DNA of 64,000 bases, from assembly GCA_000091205.1 (NCBI GenBank), contig AP006493.2. One strand, written 5' to 3'. The position numbers and the translations under genes were made by a program. The DNA is from Cyanidioschyzon merolae. Its lineage: Eukaryota. The notes beneath the pieces were generated by a model. It was not told where the DNA came from, made no database searches, and was given only the letters and a program-made list of their open reading frames with translations. Below, piece after piece: positions 11,901 to 21,595 of the stretch (position 1 is its first letter; each line of letters starts with the position of its first letter).

Positions 11901-12750
11901 CTGTAGCGCCAGTAGCGCTGCCTTCGCTTCCTTGTCTCCGGCGTTGGTGCGTATGGCGGTGCGGTTGACGTTCTTATTGAGTCGATGGCATTCATCAATC
12001 CGAGTTTTGGTACGTCGTTTCAGGTACTGAGGTTTGCAACTGTTGTGTTCTGGTGCAAGCAGTCCCAGTTCTCTGGCAGTCTTCTTATTCCCATCTACAA
12101 ACTCGCGTGCCAATTGGTCTAAAGATTTGCATGCACGGCTTTTCGGATCTTCAGCGCTGTGAGTAGGTGCCTGGGTTTGGCGACGGCTTTCTTGAGTTCC
12201 AGCTGGGGCACTCTTTCAGGGGATCACTCATGATGGGCTCGTTTGGGGGGGGGTCTTCTTTCTCTTCTTCTGTTTTTTCTTGTCGGTCTTCCTCGTCTTC
12301 TTCGGGCTCTTTCCTGAGCTAAATTCTCTGGTTATTTTGCATCTAGGTGGATCATGAGGTTTCTGTGCCTCCTTCTCCGTATCCCGTTGGGTCTCTTTCG
12401 CTATTGCAGAGTCCTCTATTCGTGTCTCTTCTTCGTTAATGTACTGATAATTCGTTATCTCGTAGTTCAATACCGAGGCTATCCCGCAAATATTCCATGA
12501 TGCGAAACCTATCGAGTCGTAGCGCATAAGTGAATAGGAATAGCGCTGCGGTACTCCAGAGGTACGTCGTCGATTTAGACGCACGCTCCATGGGGTGTGT
12601 GAGCGTACATGCCACAATTGCCTCCTGCATTCCACTCGTTCACTGAGTGTCTGCCGCAGCACAAGCGTAGAATCAGAAGTACAATAGTCAAGGTCGATTC
12701 GAATGCGACCTTTATCTTGCCGGACGCGTGAAGCTCCCCTCAATTACTGG
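8990..12750 (-). mobile_element. degenerate non-LTR retrotransposon (LINE), ORF2 broken by frameshifts, endonuclease mostly deleted
   Basis: Minus-strand series. A vestigial APE-start motif 'ASWNICGIAS' lies in ORF 12228..12743. RT ORF 10758..12113 carries motif 0-like 'TPGIGGIAAEW', then 'FTDFQKALDTV' and 'GLRQGDPASPLLFNIFINDL'. The RT thumb continues in a different frame (10181..10630, 'IVEKDRYPGVCLTPTLD...AKMHRRIAI'). C-terminal CCHC finger 'CPCCGNENPETLT' is in 9693..10157. A T-rich run on the + strand at ~9010-9040 is the A-rich tail. Confidence 0.75.
10758..12113 (-). pseudogene. LINE ORF2 reverse-transcriptase fragment (truncated before the F/YxDD motif by a frameshift)
   Basis: RT palm motifs as listed for the LINE. 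The ORF ends inside the RT domain and the remainder is found in other frames downstream. Confidence 0.8.
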
Positions 12751-13433
12751 GAACAGTCTACGAATTACCCTTTCAGCGGCTTCGTATCCGCTCCCCAAAC
12801 ACATCGGCGGGCAAGTCGCTTGTTCCAGCTTCTACCGCGAACATACCGCCAGCTGTCTTCCGAAGTATCCGCCGAGATTGTTTCCAGAGTTGAGGTAGGT
12901 ACCCAAGGTAGGAGGTAAAACTGAGCCCGATCTCGAGGATGGGTACAGGATTTGCGCCCGAACTTGCAGCGTCGATTCTAGAGCAGCGGATAACTACTCA
13001 GAATTCCCTTCAACATTCTCTGCTGCTGCTGCCTTCTACCCTCCGTTCGTTGCGGTCAAGGTCCCTGGCGTGGGCTTCCTTCCCAGTCGCCCAAACACCT
13101 CGGTTTAACCCACTTTCAGAGCTCCTCCGGTAAAACTAGACCTCTTAGGCGGACGTAATGTGTGGGGCTTTAAGATAGTTGTTCTTTGATAAATAGTTTG
13201 TGACTGGTTTGTTTTGTTGTTTTCCTATTCCGCCCGGTGCATTCGATGCAGGCTTTGGCGCGGCCGCACACCCGTTCGACTGCAAAACGGATTCATTCTT
13301 AAGGTCTATCTACTTTTGGAAATAGTTTGGAACGGTGCCGCAAGGCCCCAGTGGTGTCGTGCCAGCGTTGAACAGGTACCTGCCCACAGTCGAGAACTCC
13401 GAGCACCAGCATATACGCTCGAGTTTGACGCAA

Positions 13434-15770
13434 ATGTGTGGCATATTTGCCTATGTGGTCTACGGAGTGGAGCGCTCCCGAGACGACATCGCTGCAGTGC
13501 TGGTGAACGGGTTACGGCGCTTAGAGTACCGTGGCTACGACTCGGCTGGGATCGCGTTGGACGATATTGTAAATCCTTCAACTGGCGAGCGTAAGCCTTT
13601 GGTGATCAAAGGACCTGGCAGCGTGGGCTGTCTGGCGGAACAAGTAGCAACGGCGTTGCGCTCGAGTCCGAACTTCAAGGTCAGGCAGCACGTGGGTCTG
13701 GCGCATACGCGTTGGGCAACGCACGGCGCCCCCAGCGTCGAGAATAGTCATCCACAGGCTTCGGGACCTGAAAACGAGTTTCTCGTGGTGCATAATGGAA
13801 TAATCACCAACTATGCTGCGCTGAAGCAGGTTCTCGGGAAACGCGGCTACCAGTTTGTCTCGGAAACTGACACCGAAGTCGTTGCAGTGCTTCTGAAACA
13901 CCTCTATCTAGAGATGAAAGCTGTGTGCGATACAGTCTCTTTCCCAAGGCTCGTGATGCTCATGATGCACGAACTGGAAGGAGCGTATGCGTTAGCGATT
14001 CGATCACAGTTCTTTCCTGGCGAGCTGGTTGCGTGCAAGCGTGGTTCTCCACTCGTGCTCGGGATCGCGTACCATGACGGCGAACAGGTACACCTCGTCC
14101 AGCACAGCGAGCCGGCAAAAACTGATGCTTCAAGATCGCCAGCATCGACACCAGGTGCAGTGGAGAGCGAAGGAACGACGCGAGCGGCGATGTCCGCAGC
14201 AGAAACGGCGACCGCGAATGGACGCTTTGAATCCTCTGCTGTGGCCGCTGCCCGACAACGTGACGGACTAGAACCGGCATCTTCAGGCAGCGTCGCCAAG
14301 AGTACTGGAGGTAGGTGCTTCCGTCGCCGGACCCCGCGTCGCCACTCGATCGATTTCAAAGTCGCACAAGTGAATCTCGACTGTGAACTGCCGCACGGAT
14401 TCAGCTTCAATACTAGTACATCGGCACCGGACTCAGGAATGGGCGAAAGAGCGGGGGGTGTAGAGCTCTTTTTTGCATCAGATGTGAGCGCACTTGTGGA
14501 ACATACCCGTGAAGTGGTTGTGCTTGAAGATAACGATGTCGTCCATGCCAGCGCAGACGGATCGGTGGATATCTTTTCTTTTCTAGATGCGGAATCGCAG
14601 TCGCTGTTGACGCAAACACGTGCGCTTTGTACACTTGATATAGAGTTGGAACAGATTGAACGTGGTCGCTTCGAGCATTTTATGCTGAAAGAGATCTTTG
14701 AACAGCCTGAGAGCATCCGAGGAACAATGCGCGGCCGCGTGCAACCCGCGACGGGAACTGTACTGCTCGGTGGCTTACGCGAACGCCTCGATGACCTTGT
14801 TCGCAGTAACCGCTTGATATTTGTGGGTTGTGGAACCAGCTACCATGCGGCACTTGCATGTCGGCAACTTGTCGAACAGCTGACCGAACTTCCCGTCTCC
14901 GTGGAGCTGTCCAGCGATTTTTTGGATCGCGCTTGTCCGCTCTTTCGCTCCGACGTTTGCGTTTTCGTAAGCCAATCCGGGGAGACGGCAGACACCCTTG
15001 AGGCACTCCGGTACGCCAAACGACGACATGCACTAACAGTCGGTGTTGTCAACGTCGTCGGGTCTGCTATCGCCCGCATAACGGATTGCGGTGTCCACCT
15101 GAATGCGGGTTGCGAGATTGGAGTCGCATCCACGAAATCGTATACTTCGCAGATCGTCGCTATTATTATGATCGCGCTTTTGCTGAGCGCTGATCGTTTG
15201 AGCAAGCAAACTCGGCGAAGAGAGATTATTGACGGACTTGCCGCGTTGCCAACCGCAATTGAACGGGTGCTGATGCTGAATGATAAGTTGAGAATGTTGG
15301 CTGTAGGGGTCTTGCGGGACGCGGTATCCATTCTAGTGTGCGGTCGTGGGTACCAGTACGCTACGTGTCTTGAGGCAGCACTCAAAATCAAAGAGGTCAG
15401 TTATATTCACACCGAGGGTATTCACGCAGGCGAACTGAAGCATGGACCCCTGGCTCTAATCGATCAGGAAATGCCAATGATAGTCTTTGCGACTCGCGAT
15501 AACGGCTATGAGGCGATCTGTAACGCGGTGCACCAGCTTCTGGCGCGTGGAAACCCACAGCGCATGATTGTTGTATGCAGCGAGGGCGACGGCCATTTCT
15601 TTCAGGGCTTAGGTGTTGGTACCACGCTTGAAGTTCCGCACACTGCAGACTGCCTCCAAGGTGTCGTGAACATCGTTCCAATGCAGTTGATTGCCTATCA
15701 TCTCGCAGTTGCGCGAGGTTTAAATGTGGATCAACCACGCAATTTGGCGAAATCGGTTACGGTGCAATAG
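13434..15770 (+). CDS. glutamine--fructose-6-phosphate aminotransferase [isomerizing] (GFAT / GlmS-type)
   Basis: The true start is the internal Met at 13434 ('MCGIFAY', the catalytic Cys2 of class-II glutamine amidotransferases). The track ORF begins upstream at 13335. Two SIS domains are present, with the C-terminus '...LAVARGLNVDQPRNLAKSVTVQ' typical of GlmS. A ~100-aa low-complexity linker insert is typical of eukaryotic GFAT. Confidence 0.9.
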   Translation: MCGIFAYVVYGVERSRDDIAAVLVNGLRRLEYRGYDSAGIALDDIVNPSTGERKPLVIKGPGSVGCLAEQVATALRSSPNFKVRQHVGLAHTRWATHGAPSVENSHPQASGPENEFLVVHNGIITNYAALKQVLGKRGYQFVSETDTEVVAVLLKHLYLEMKAVCDTVSFPRLVMLMMHELEGAYALAIRSQFFPGELVACKRGSPLVLGIAYHDGEQVHLVQHSEPAKTDASRSPASTPGAVESEGTTRAAMSAAETATANGRFESSAVAAARQRDGLEPASSGSVAKSTGGRCFRRRTPRRHSIDFKVAQVNLDCELPHGFSFNTSTSAPDSGMGERAGGVELFFASDVSALVEHTREVVVLEDNDVVHASADGSVDIFSFLDAESQSLLTQTRALCTLDIELEQIERGRFEHFMLKEIFEQPESIRGTMRGRVQPATGTVLLGGLRERLDDLVRSNRLIFVGCGTSYHAALACRQLVEQLTELPVSVELSSDFLDRACPLFRSDVCVFVSQSGETADTLEALRYAKRRHALTVGVVNVVGSAIARITDCGVHLNAGCEIGVASTKSYTSQIVAIIMIALLLSADRLSKQTRRREIIDGLAALPTAIERVLMLNDKLRMLAVGVLRDAVSILVCGRGYQYATCLEAALKIKEVSYIHTEGIHAGELKHGPLALIDQEMPMIVFATRDNGYEAICNAVHQLLARGNPQRMIVVCSEGDGHFFQGLGVGTTLEVPHTADCLQGVVNIVPMQLIAYHLAVARGLNVDQPRNLAKSVTVQ

Positions 15771-15904
15771 ACTTAAAGTTCTACAGTGCGGGAAAATCGT
15801 TCTGCTGCCACTGCTGCCGATCGACTAGATCCATGTCTGTATGGAAGGAAACGGATGCACTCGAGTAACTGGGGTGTACAAACTGAAGTTTAAGCGTCAA
15901 GTCA

Positions 15905-18900
15905 ATGTCACGAAAGCCATCCCATGGCAGCTTTTGCTGCGGCTGATCGCTTTTCCTCTCTCTTAGCTCCGGGCTGGAATACGCCGGTCTCTACTTTCTT
16001 TCCAGCACTGTTGTAGGCTGTCGAGGGATGCTAATCGCGGCGTTGGGGTCGCAGTTTCACAGGTTCCGGCAGTTGCCTGCGTATTCGATGTACAGGCGGA
16101 GGTTGCGATTGACGGATCGCTTGCCGTTTTCTTCGTTTCCTAGAATTCAGTACTGGTGCGCGCCTCGTAGCGGTTAACCTGGTTGTGTTCAGATATTCCC
16201 GTATGTGTTCACGAGCTCGCATTCCCTGGGAGCCGACCTGCAGCATGCGAGCGCTTGCTGCATCCCTCCGTAGCTGTCGTTGACGGGTACAGAAGGCTCT
16301 ACGCGATGCCTTGCTCCGTTTTCGCGCCCAGTGCTGTGCCCCGTGATCATGCACTTGCTCTTCTGGACGACTTCTTGTGCGAGTGCGCTGCCCGCTGCAC
16401 TCGCAAGCGCACGCTATTCCATTCGGTACCTCAACAACCGATTCCTTGTGCGCTCTTGCTTTCCTGCGTTCCCTTCCCACAAACTGTGCAGATGAGCGTG
16501 ACGGGCCATCAGGTCCGATTGTGCCACATGCTTGTGATAATGCCGCCAAGGCTACTGGGACTCTCTCCTGTCTCACTCGTTTGCGCGTCGGACGAGTGCC
16601 TCACTCGCTCACCGTCCGCTTAGGCGAACATATGAGGTACTCGAGTCCAAGCTACGACTTTGAGCGGGAATCGGCGTGTTCGAGACTCGCGGCTCCAGTG
16701 CGTCGTCGGTGACCACAGGCAAGTCGGGCATCCCTTCGGATCTCGCAATCATCGTGAAGGTTCAGGGACCCGGTCTCTTTGGGTCCAAGTTGAGGCCGAT
16801 CGCATTGGGGAGCAAGTTCGCGCCGCCGCGCATCCCAGTTGTTCGTTGTTCATCCACACATTTCCCCCTCTAACCAGGGTGCATCTGCACCCTGACGATT
16901 CTTCAGTCGTATAGAGCGTTCGCGCTTGACGGCGATGGACACACTCGCGCTATCGGAAGCGAACGACGACTCTACTTCTCCTGTTGGAAGCGCGAAGCTC
17001 CGGTTCCTCCGGTCTCCCTTCGCCTCCGCGCCCTCCTGCGCGCTCCGTCGCTTCTCGCTCGTCAAGCGGTTCATGAGTTTCTTCGAATCTTCGGGTGCGG
17101 GCGCATAGTTCGCTGTCTGGGCTTGCACCTAGCGATCAGCCTCTCTTCCTCTTCCTCGACACACTTGTTCTCCATCGGACGCATCTGCGTAACCCTCGCG
17201 CGGCGTCACGATCCACGACAAAGCGAAAAAGTGTGCTTGCTGGCAGTGCCACGAGCCACGGAGACGTGCGTTCGTAAAAGCCGCGTACTCCTCCCCTGAC
17301 GGAGGCTCTGGACCGGCACGCTGGGTGCAGACGCGCCATCGCATTCGTGGGTGCGTTAGTCGCATGCGACAGGTCCATCTTCGAGACAACGTCCTCGTCG
17401 CGAAGGGCCAGATGACGGACATTCATCATGGTCTCCCAATCCTTCGAGCCGACTGGCTGCAATGAAGCGTCGGTCATGAAGAGCTCCTTCATACCGCCCA
17501 TGCCGGTCGCCGAGTCGTCGCACTTTCGCCTCCACCCCATAGAATCTTTCACGTGCCGGTGGAGGTGTATGCTCACCCTTCTCAGCGTCACTGTGCGTAT
17601 CATTCCCCGTACCCATTCGTATTATCTGGGGCGCTTTGAGTCACCAAGCGAGAGAGGCCCTCGACGCTCCCAATGCTGTCCAGCTTGGGAGCCGACGTCC
17701 GTGCGTCGCCGATGAAGGCTAGTTGCGGGTCAAGTCTGCCTGGTGCGCACTCGGGGACAACTAGGACGAAAAGCTTATCGGTGTCAGCTGCGCTTCTACA
17801 AAGTGCTGGACGTTTCCAAAGACCTCGGCACACTCGAAGCACGCGGACTTGAGTTTGAGGCAAGCGTGTCGCCGGAGCTTGCTGCAAAGAACCACCAGGT
17901 ACATGTCGCGTGCCACGTGTTCCGGTGGGAGCACGCACGTTCCAAGCTGGCACTGAACGACCGCCGTTTCCGGCAGTAACGATGAGCGCCGCTCCTCGTC
18001 CGTGAACACACCCAAGCGAAGCGTTCCGTTCAGGAAACCGCCCCGTCCGAGACTGGCGAGCTCGTCTGGAAGCGGTACGCATCTCTTTTCGTTACGCTCT
18101 TGGACGATTTTCGTCCAACTACACAGTCGTTTCTCTGAGACCTCTCGTGTGCGGCGGTTGTGTGCCTCCGTCGATAAGCATGCCGTATAACTAAAGTATT
18201 TATACCTTGTTTTTCTCTTCGTACTACTTCGGAATTCCACGAACCGCAATCGTCAGCGAGTTTCCCTATACAAACTCCAACAGGTCCATTGGTCTGAACG
18301 GCAGTTCCTCGAGCACTGGGCATCAGTTCGTGTCGAGAGCGAGCCGCGTTATCCCGAAGCGTGCATCGGCCTCTCTGAGGCTGCGTTTGACGGCCCCGCA
18401 ACCGTTCTCCATCGGTTTGAAACACAGAGCATAAGCTGGTGTGTGCGTGTGCAGGATGACCAATGCCCGCTCTTTGCTGTTTGCCGAATAGAAGGGAATT
18501 CGTGGAACGCGTTGCTGTCTATGATGAAACACGCAGTGGCTGGAGTGGAACTCCAGATTCGCGACGCAGCGTAGAAACGTCGATCCGTCGGCGCTCCTGC
18601 CGTGCCGCTAAGCGATGACGCACTTGCCACCGGAATCCATCGCTGCGATGACTGCAGTCCGCGTCCAGCACCCTTTCCCATGCGAACAGAAGAGACGCGA
18701 GCCTCTGGGAGCGGATCCCACGGGCGGGAATGTGGTTGTGGTGGTGGTGCTGCTGCTCCTGCTGCTGCTGCTGATTTCGGGTCCCTTCTCTTCGATGGCC
18801 ACGGAGCGGGCTGGAATTGTCTTTCGGGCGGGATCGATTGCTTAACGTGACGAGCTCATTGAGCTTTCGGCGGGAGCGTGTGGAGAAGTCACCAAGGGAT

Positions 18901-19293
18901 GGCGCCGCGCTCCTTTTCTCGTCGGGTCGGCAGCGCGAATCGTTGCGCCTACGAGTTGCGTCGCGACTGAAATGACGAAAACTCGAAGAATACGTGATTC
19001 GAGCGTGATAGACGTAAGGAAAGGAGGAGCGTGGCGGTCACTCACATGAACAGGACGGTGATATCGAATATTTTTTTGAAATCTTTTTTTAGGACGCCGC
19101 ATTTCGTCTTGATTCCAGAGCCGTAACGAGCTGCAGTTGTGAAGCATTGAACGAGCCATTGCGAAAAGACAACCTAGAGTCGGAGAACGGACCGTGAATC
19201 CGAAATTCCTTATTATTGGACTTTGAACGTCTAGGATGTGTATCTATAAATTTTCAGGAGGAAATTGAAAGATAGAAACATGTCGAACCGCTT
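15905..19293. repeat. inverted-repeat arm A (~3.39 kb), ~99% identical to the reverse complement of 26708..30100; non-coding dispersed element
   Basis: Every ORF in this arm has a mirror-image twin on the opposite strand of the other arm, with 0-2 aa differences (for example 17136..17603(-) versus 28403..28870(+)). Boundaries were found by direct comparison of the reverse-complement sequence. It contains a (GTG/GCT)n microsatellite at ~18722-18790. The longest ORF is 181 aa, basic, with no domain. Confidence 0.9.
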
Positions 19294-19945
19294 AGTGCTT
19301 TATTTCCAGATGACGCGAACGTTGGAATGCGCAGTGCAGCGCACGGAGAGCCGCGCCTGCGCACCGATTGCCTGCTGCGCTCGGTGACGTGTCTAGCACG
19401 CATCGCGCTCTTTGCACGCATCTCGGCGCATGCGTGTAACATAACATTTGCACGCTTGTTGTTGCGTAAAACTTCCGTTTTAAAGTTGTTTTTCTATTTT
19501 TGGAGTTCCTTGCTTGGGCGATGCGTTGCTCTGAACATGAAAAACTGGCAAGAATTTCAGGTATTTTGGTCGACCCACGTTTATCGCGAACGTGGGTCAC
19601 GAAACGCTCGCGACGAGTGCGTGGTACGGCCCGAGGTAACGTGCGACACAGAACGTACAGCAGTGGTGTGTTGCACTGGTTTGGTTGAGTTGTTTCGGCA
19701 ATTTCTGTCCTTAATCGTTTGCGCCAGGCATCTCGGGCCTCTTGGCGTCTATCTTTAGAAATATGCTTTCACACGGGAAACTGAACTTCGCTTGAACAAA
19801 AACAGCGCTTTCAATGCTGAAAAAGCTGCTCGAGGCGCTTTGCTTTGTTTCCTCGGTACCTCGGTAAGATTTTCTTATCCTTAGACTAGTTCACCCAAAC
19901 TTCATGGTGGTTGCTGGCTGGGGGCCGATCATCTTTCAAGGCGGA

Positions 19946-21229
19946 CTACGAGTCTTTCCTTGTCACTGGATTCATACCTGTTACGGAATTGCCGCCGCCG
20001 CTGCCCATTGGGCCGCCAGAGTTTTGCCCACCGAGGCCACCTCCAGTACCAGATCCGCTAGACATATCCGGTGCGTTCGGACGGGTCGGTGGTGCTTGCG
20101 TTTGCGGTGGTGGTGGTGGTGTAGGCTGCTTCGGTGGCGCCAATATGGGAGCCTGTGGTGCTGTAGGCCCATCCCCATTCATCATTTGTTGCCCATTTCT
20201 GGGGCCGTTGCCGCCACCGCTGCCTATTGATCCGCCAGAGTTTTGCCCACCGAGGCCACCTCCAGTACCGGATCCGCTAGACATATCCGGTGCGTTCGGA
20301 CGGGTCGGTGGTGCTTGCGTTTGCGGTGGTGGTGGTGGTGTAGGCTGCTTCGGTGGCGCCAATATGGGAGCCTGTGGTGCTGTAGGCCCATCCCCATTCA
20401 TCATTTGTTGCCCATTTCTGGGGCCGTTGCCGCCACCGCTGCCTATTTGTGCGCCAGAGTTTTGCCCACCGAGGCCACCTCCAGTACCAGATCCGCTAGA
20501 CCCGTCCAGCAGATTTGGCTGAGGCTGTGGTGTGTGCTGATGTGGTGGTGGTGTTGGCGGCTTCGGTTGCGTTGGTGTTGGAGCCTGTGGCGCTGTAGCC
20601 CCGTTCTCATTCATCATTTGTTGCCCATTTCTGGGGCCGTTGCCGCCACCGCTGCCTATTTGTGCGCCAGAGTTTTGCCCACCGAGGCCACCTCCAGTAC
20701 CAGATCCGCTAGACCCGTCCAGCAGATTTGGCTGAGGCTGTGGTGTGTGCTGATGTGGTGGTGGTGTTGGCGGCTTCGGTTGCGTTGGTGTTGGAGCCTG
20801 TGGCGCTGTAGCCCCGTTCTCATTCATCATTTGTTGCCCATTTCTGGGGCCGTTGCCGCCACCGCTGCCTATTTGTGCGCCAGAGTTTTGCCCACCGAGG
20901 CCACCTCCAGTACCAGATCCGCTAGACCCGTCCAGCAGATTTGGCTGAGGCTGTGGTGTGTGCTGATGTGGTGGTGGTGTTGGCGGCTTCGGTTGCGTTG
21001 GTGTTGGAGCCTGTGGCGCTGTAGCCCCGTTCTCATTCATCATTTGTTGCCCATTTCTGGGGCCGTTGCCGCCACCGCTGCCTATTTGTGCGCCAGAGTT
21101 TTGCCCACCGAGGCCACCTCCAGTACCAGATCCGCTAGACCCGTCCAGCAGATTCGGCTGAGGCTGTGGTGTGTGCCGATGTGGTGGTGGTGTCGGCGGC
21201 TCCGTAGTCGGTGTAGGCGGCTTAGTCAT
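19946..21229 (-). CDS. mucin-like glycoprotein, C-terminal repetitive part (Gly/Pro/Gln-rich 71-73-aa repeats), likely a continuation of 21222..22382
   Basis: Begins 'MTKPPTPTTEPPTPPP', which continues the PT repeat. It then carries ~5.5 copies of the unit 'GSSGSGTGGGLGGQNSG.QIGSGGGNGPRNGQQMMN..G.TAPQAP...PPTPPP'. Confidence 0.55.
   Translation of the reverse strand: MTKPPTPTTEPPTPPPHRHTPQPQPNLLDGSSGSGTGGGLGGQNSGAQIGSGGGNGPRNGQQMMNENGATAPQAPTPTQPKPPTPPPHQHTPQPQPNLLDGSSGSGTGGGLGGQNSGAQIGSGGGNGPRNGQQMMNENGATAPQAPTPTQPKPPTPPPHQHTPQPQPNLLDGSSGSGTGGGLGGQNSGAQIGSGGGNGPRNGQQMMNENGATAPQAPTPTQPKPPTPPPHQHTPQPQPNLLDGSSGSGTGGGLGGQNSGAQIGSGGGNGPRNGQQMMNGDGPTAPQAPILAPPKQPTPPPPPQTQAPPTRPNAPDMSSGSGTGGGLGGQNSGGSIGSGGGNGPRNGQQMMNGDGPTAPQAPILAPPKQPTPPPPPQTQAPPTRPNAPDMSSGSGTGGGLGGQNSGGPMGSGGGNSVTGMNPVTRKDS
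20016..21170. repeat. tandem minisatellite, unit 213-219 bp, ~5.5 copies (coding)
   Basis: 'ctccagtacc' recurs at 20041 and 20260 (219-bp spacing) and at 213-bp spacing further downstream. There are two unit subtypes. Confidence 0.85.
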
Positions 21230-21595
21230 TGGCGTTGGCGGCTCCGTAGTCGGTGTTGGCGGCTTCGTAGTCGGCGTTGGCGGCTTCGTAGTCGGTGTCG
21301 GCGGCTTCGTAGTCGGCGTTGTCGTGCCTAGTCGTCGGTGTCGGCGGCTTAGTAGTCGGCGTAGGCGGCTTAGTAGTCGGTGTAGGCGGCTTAGTAGTCG
21401 GCGTAGGCGGCTTAGTAGTCGGCGTAGGCGGCTTAGTAGTCGGCGTAGGCGGCTTAGTAGTCGGTGTAGGCGGCTTCGTAGTCGGTGTAGGCGGCTTAGT
21501 AGTTGGCGTCGGCGGCTTCGTAGTCGGTGTAGGCGGCTTAGTCGTCGGTGTTGGCGGCTTAGTCGTTGGCGTCGGCGGCTTAGTCGTCGGCGTTA
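21190..21595. repeat. tandem repeat, 21-bp unit (ggcggcttNgtagtcggYgtN), ~19 copies, encoding (PTTKPPT)n on the minus strand
   Basis: Direct reading of the sequence. The antisense frames give the spurious 'VGVGGLVVG' and 'RRLSSRRRRLSS' ORFs. Confidence 0.9.

Noticed and set aside
16031-19159. Numerous 60-180-aa ORFs inside both inverted-repeat arms (for example 16031..16576, 17136..17603, 17600..18082 and their mirror twins 29430..29975, 28403..28870, 27924..28406)
   Set aside because: Mirrored ORFs are expected from any duplicated GC-rich DNA. They overlap one another on both strands, are Arg/Ala-rich and low complexity, and none shows a recognisable domain. The arms are treated as non-coding.
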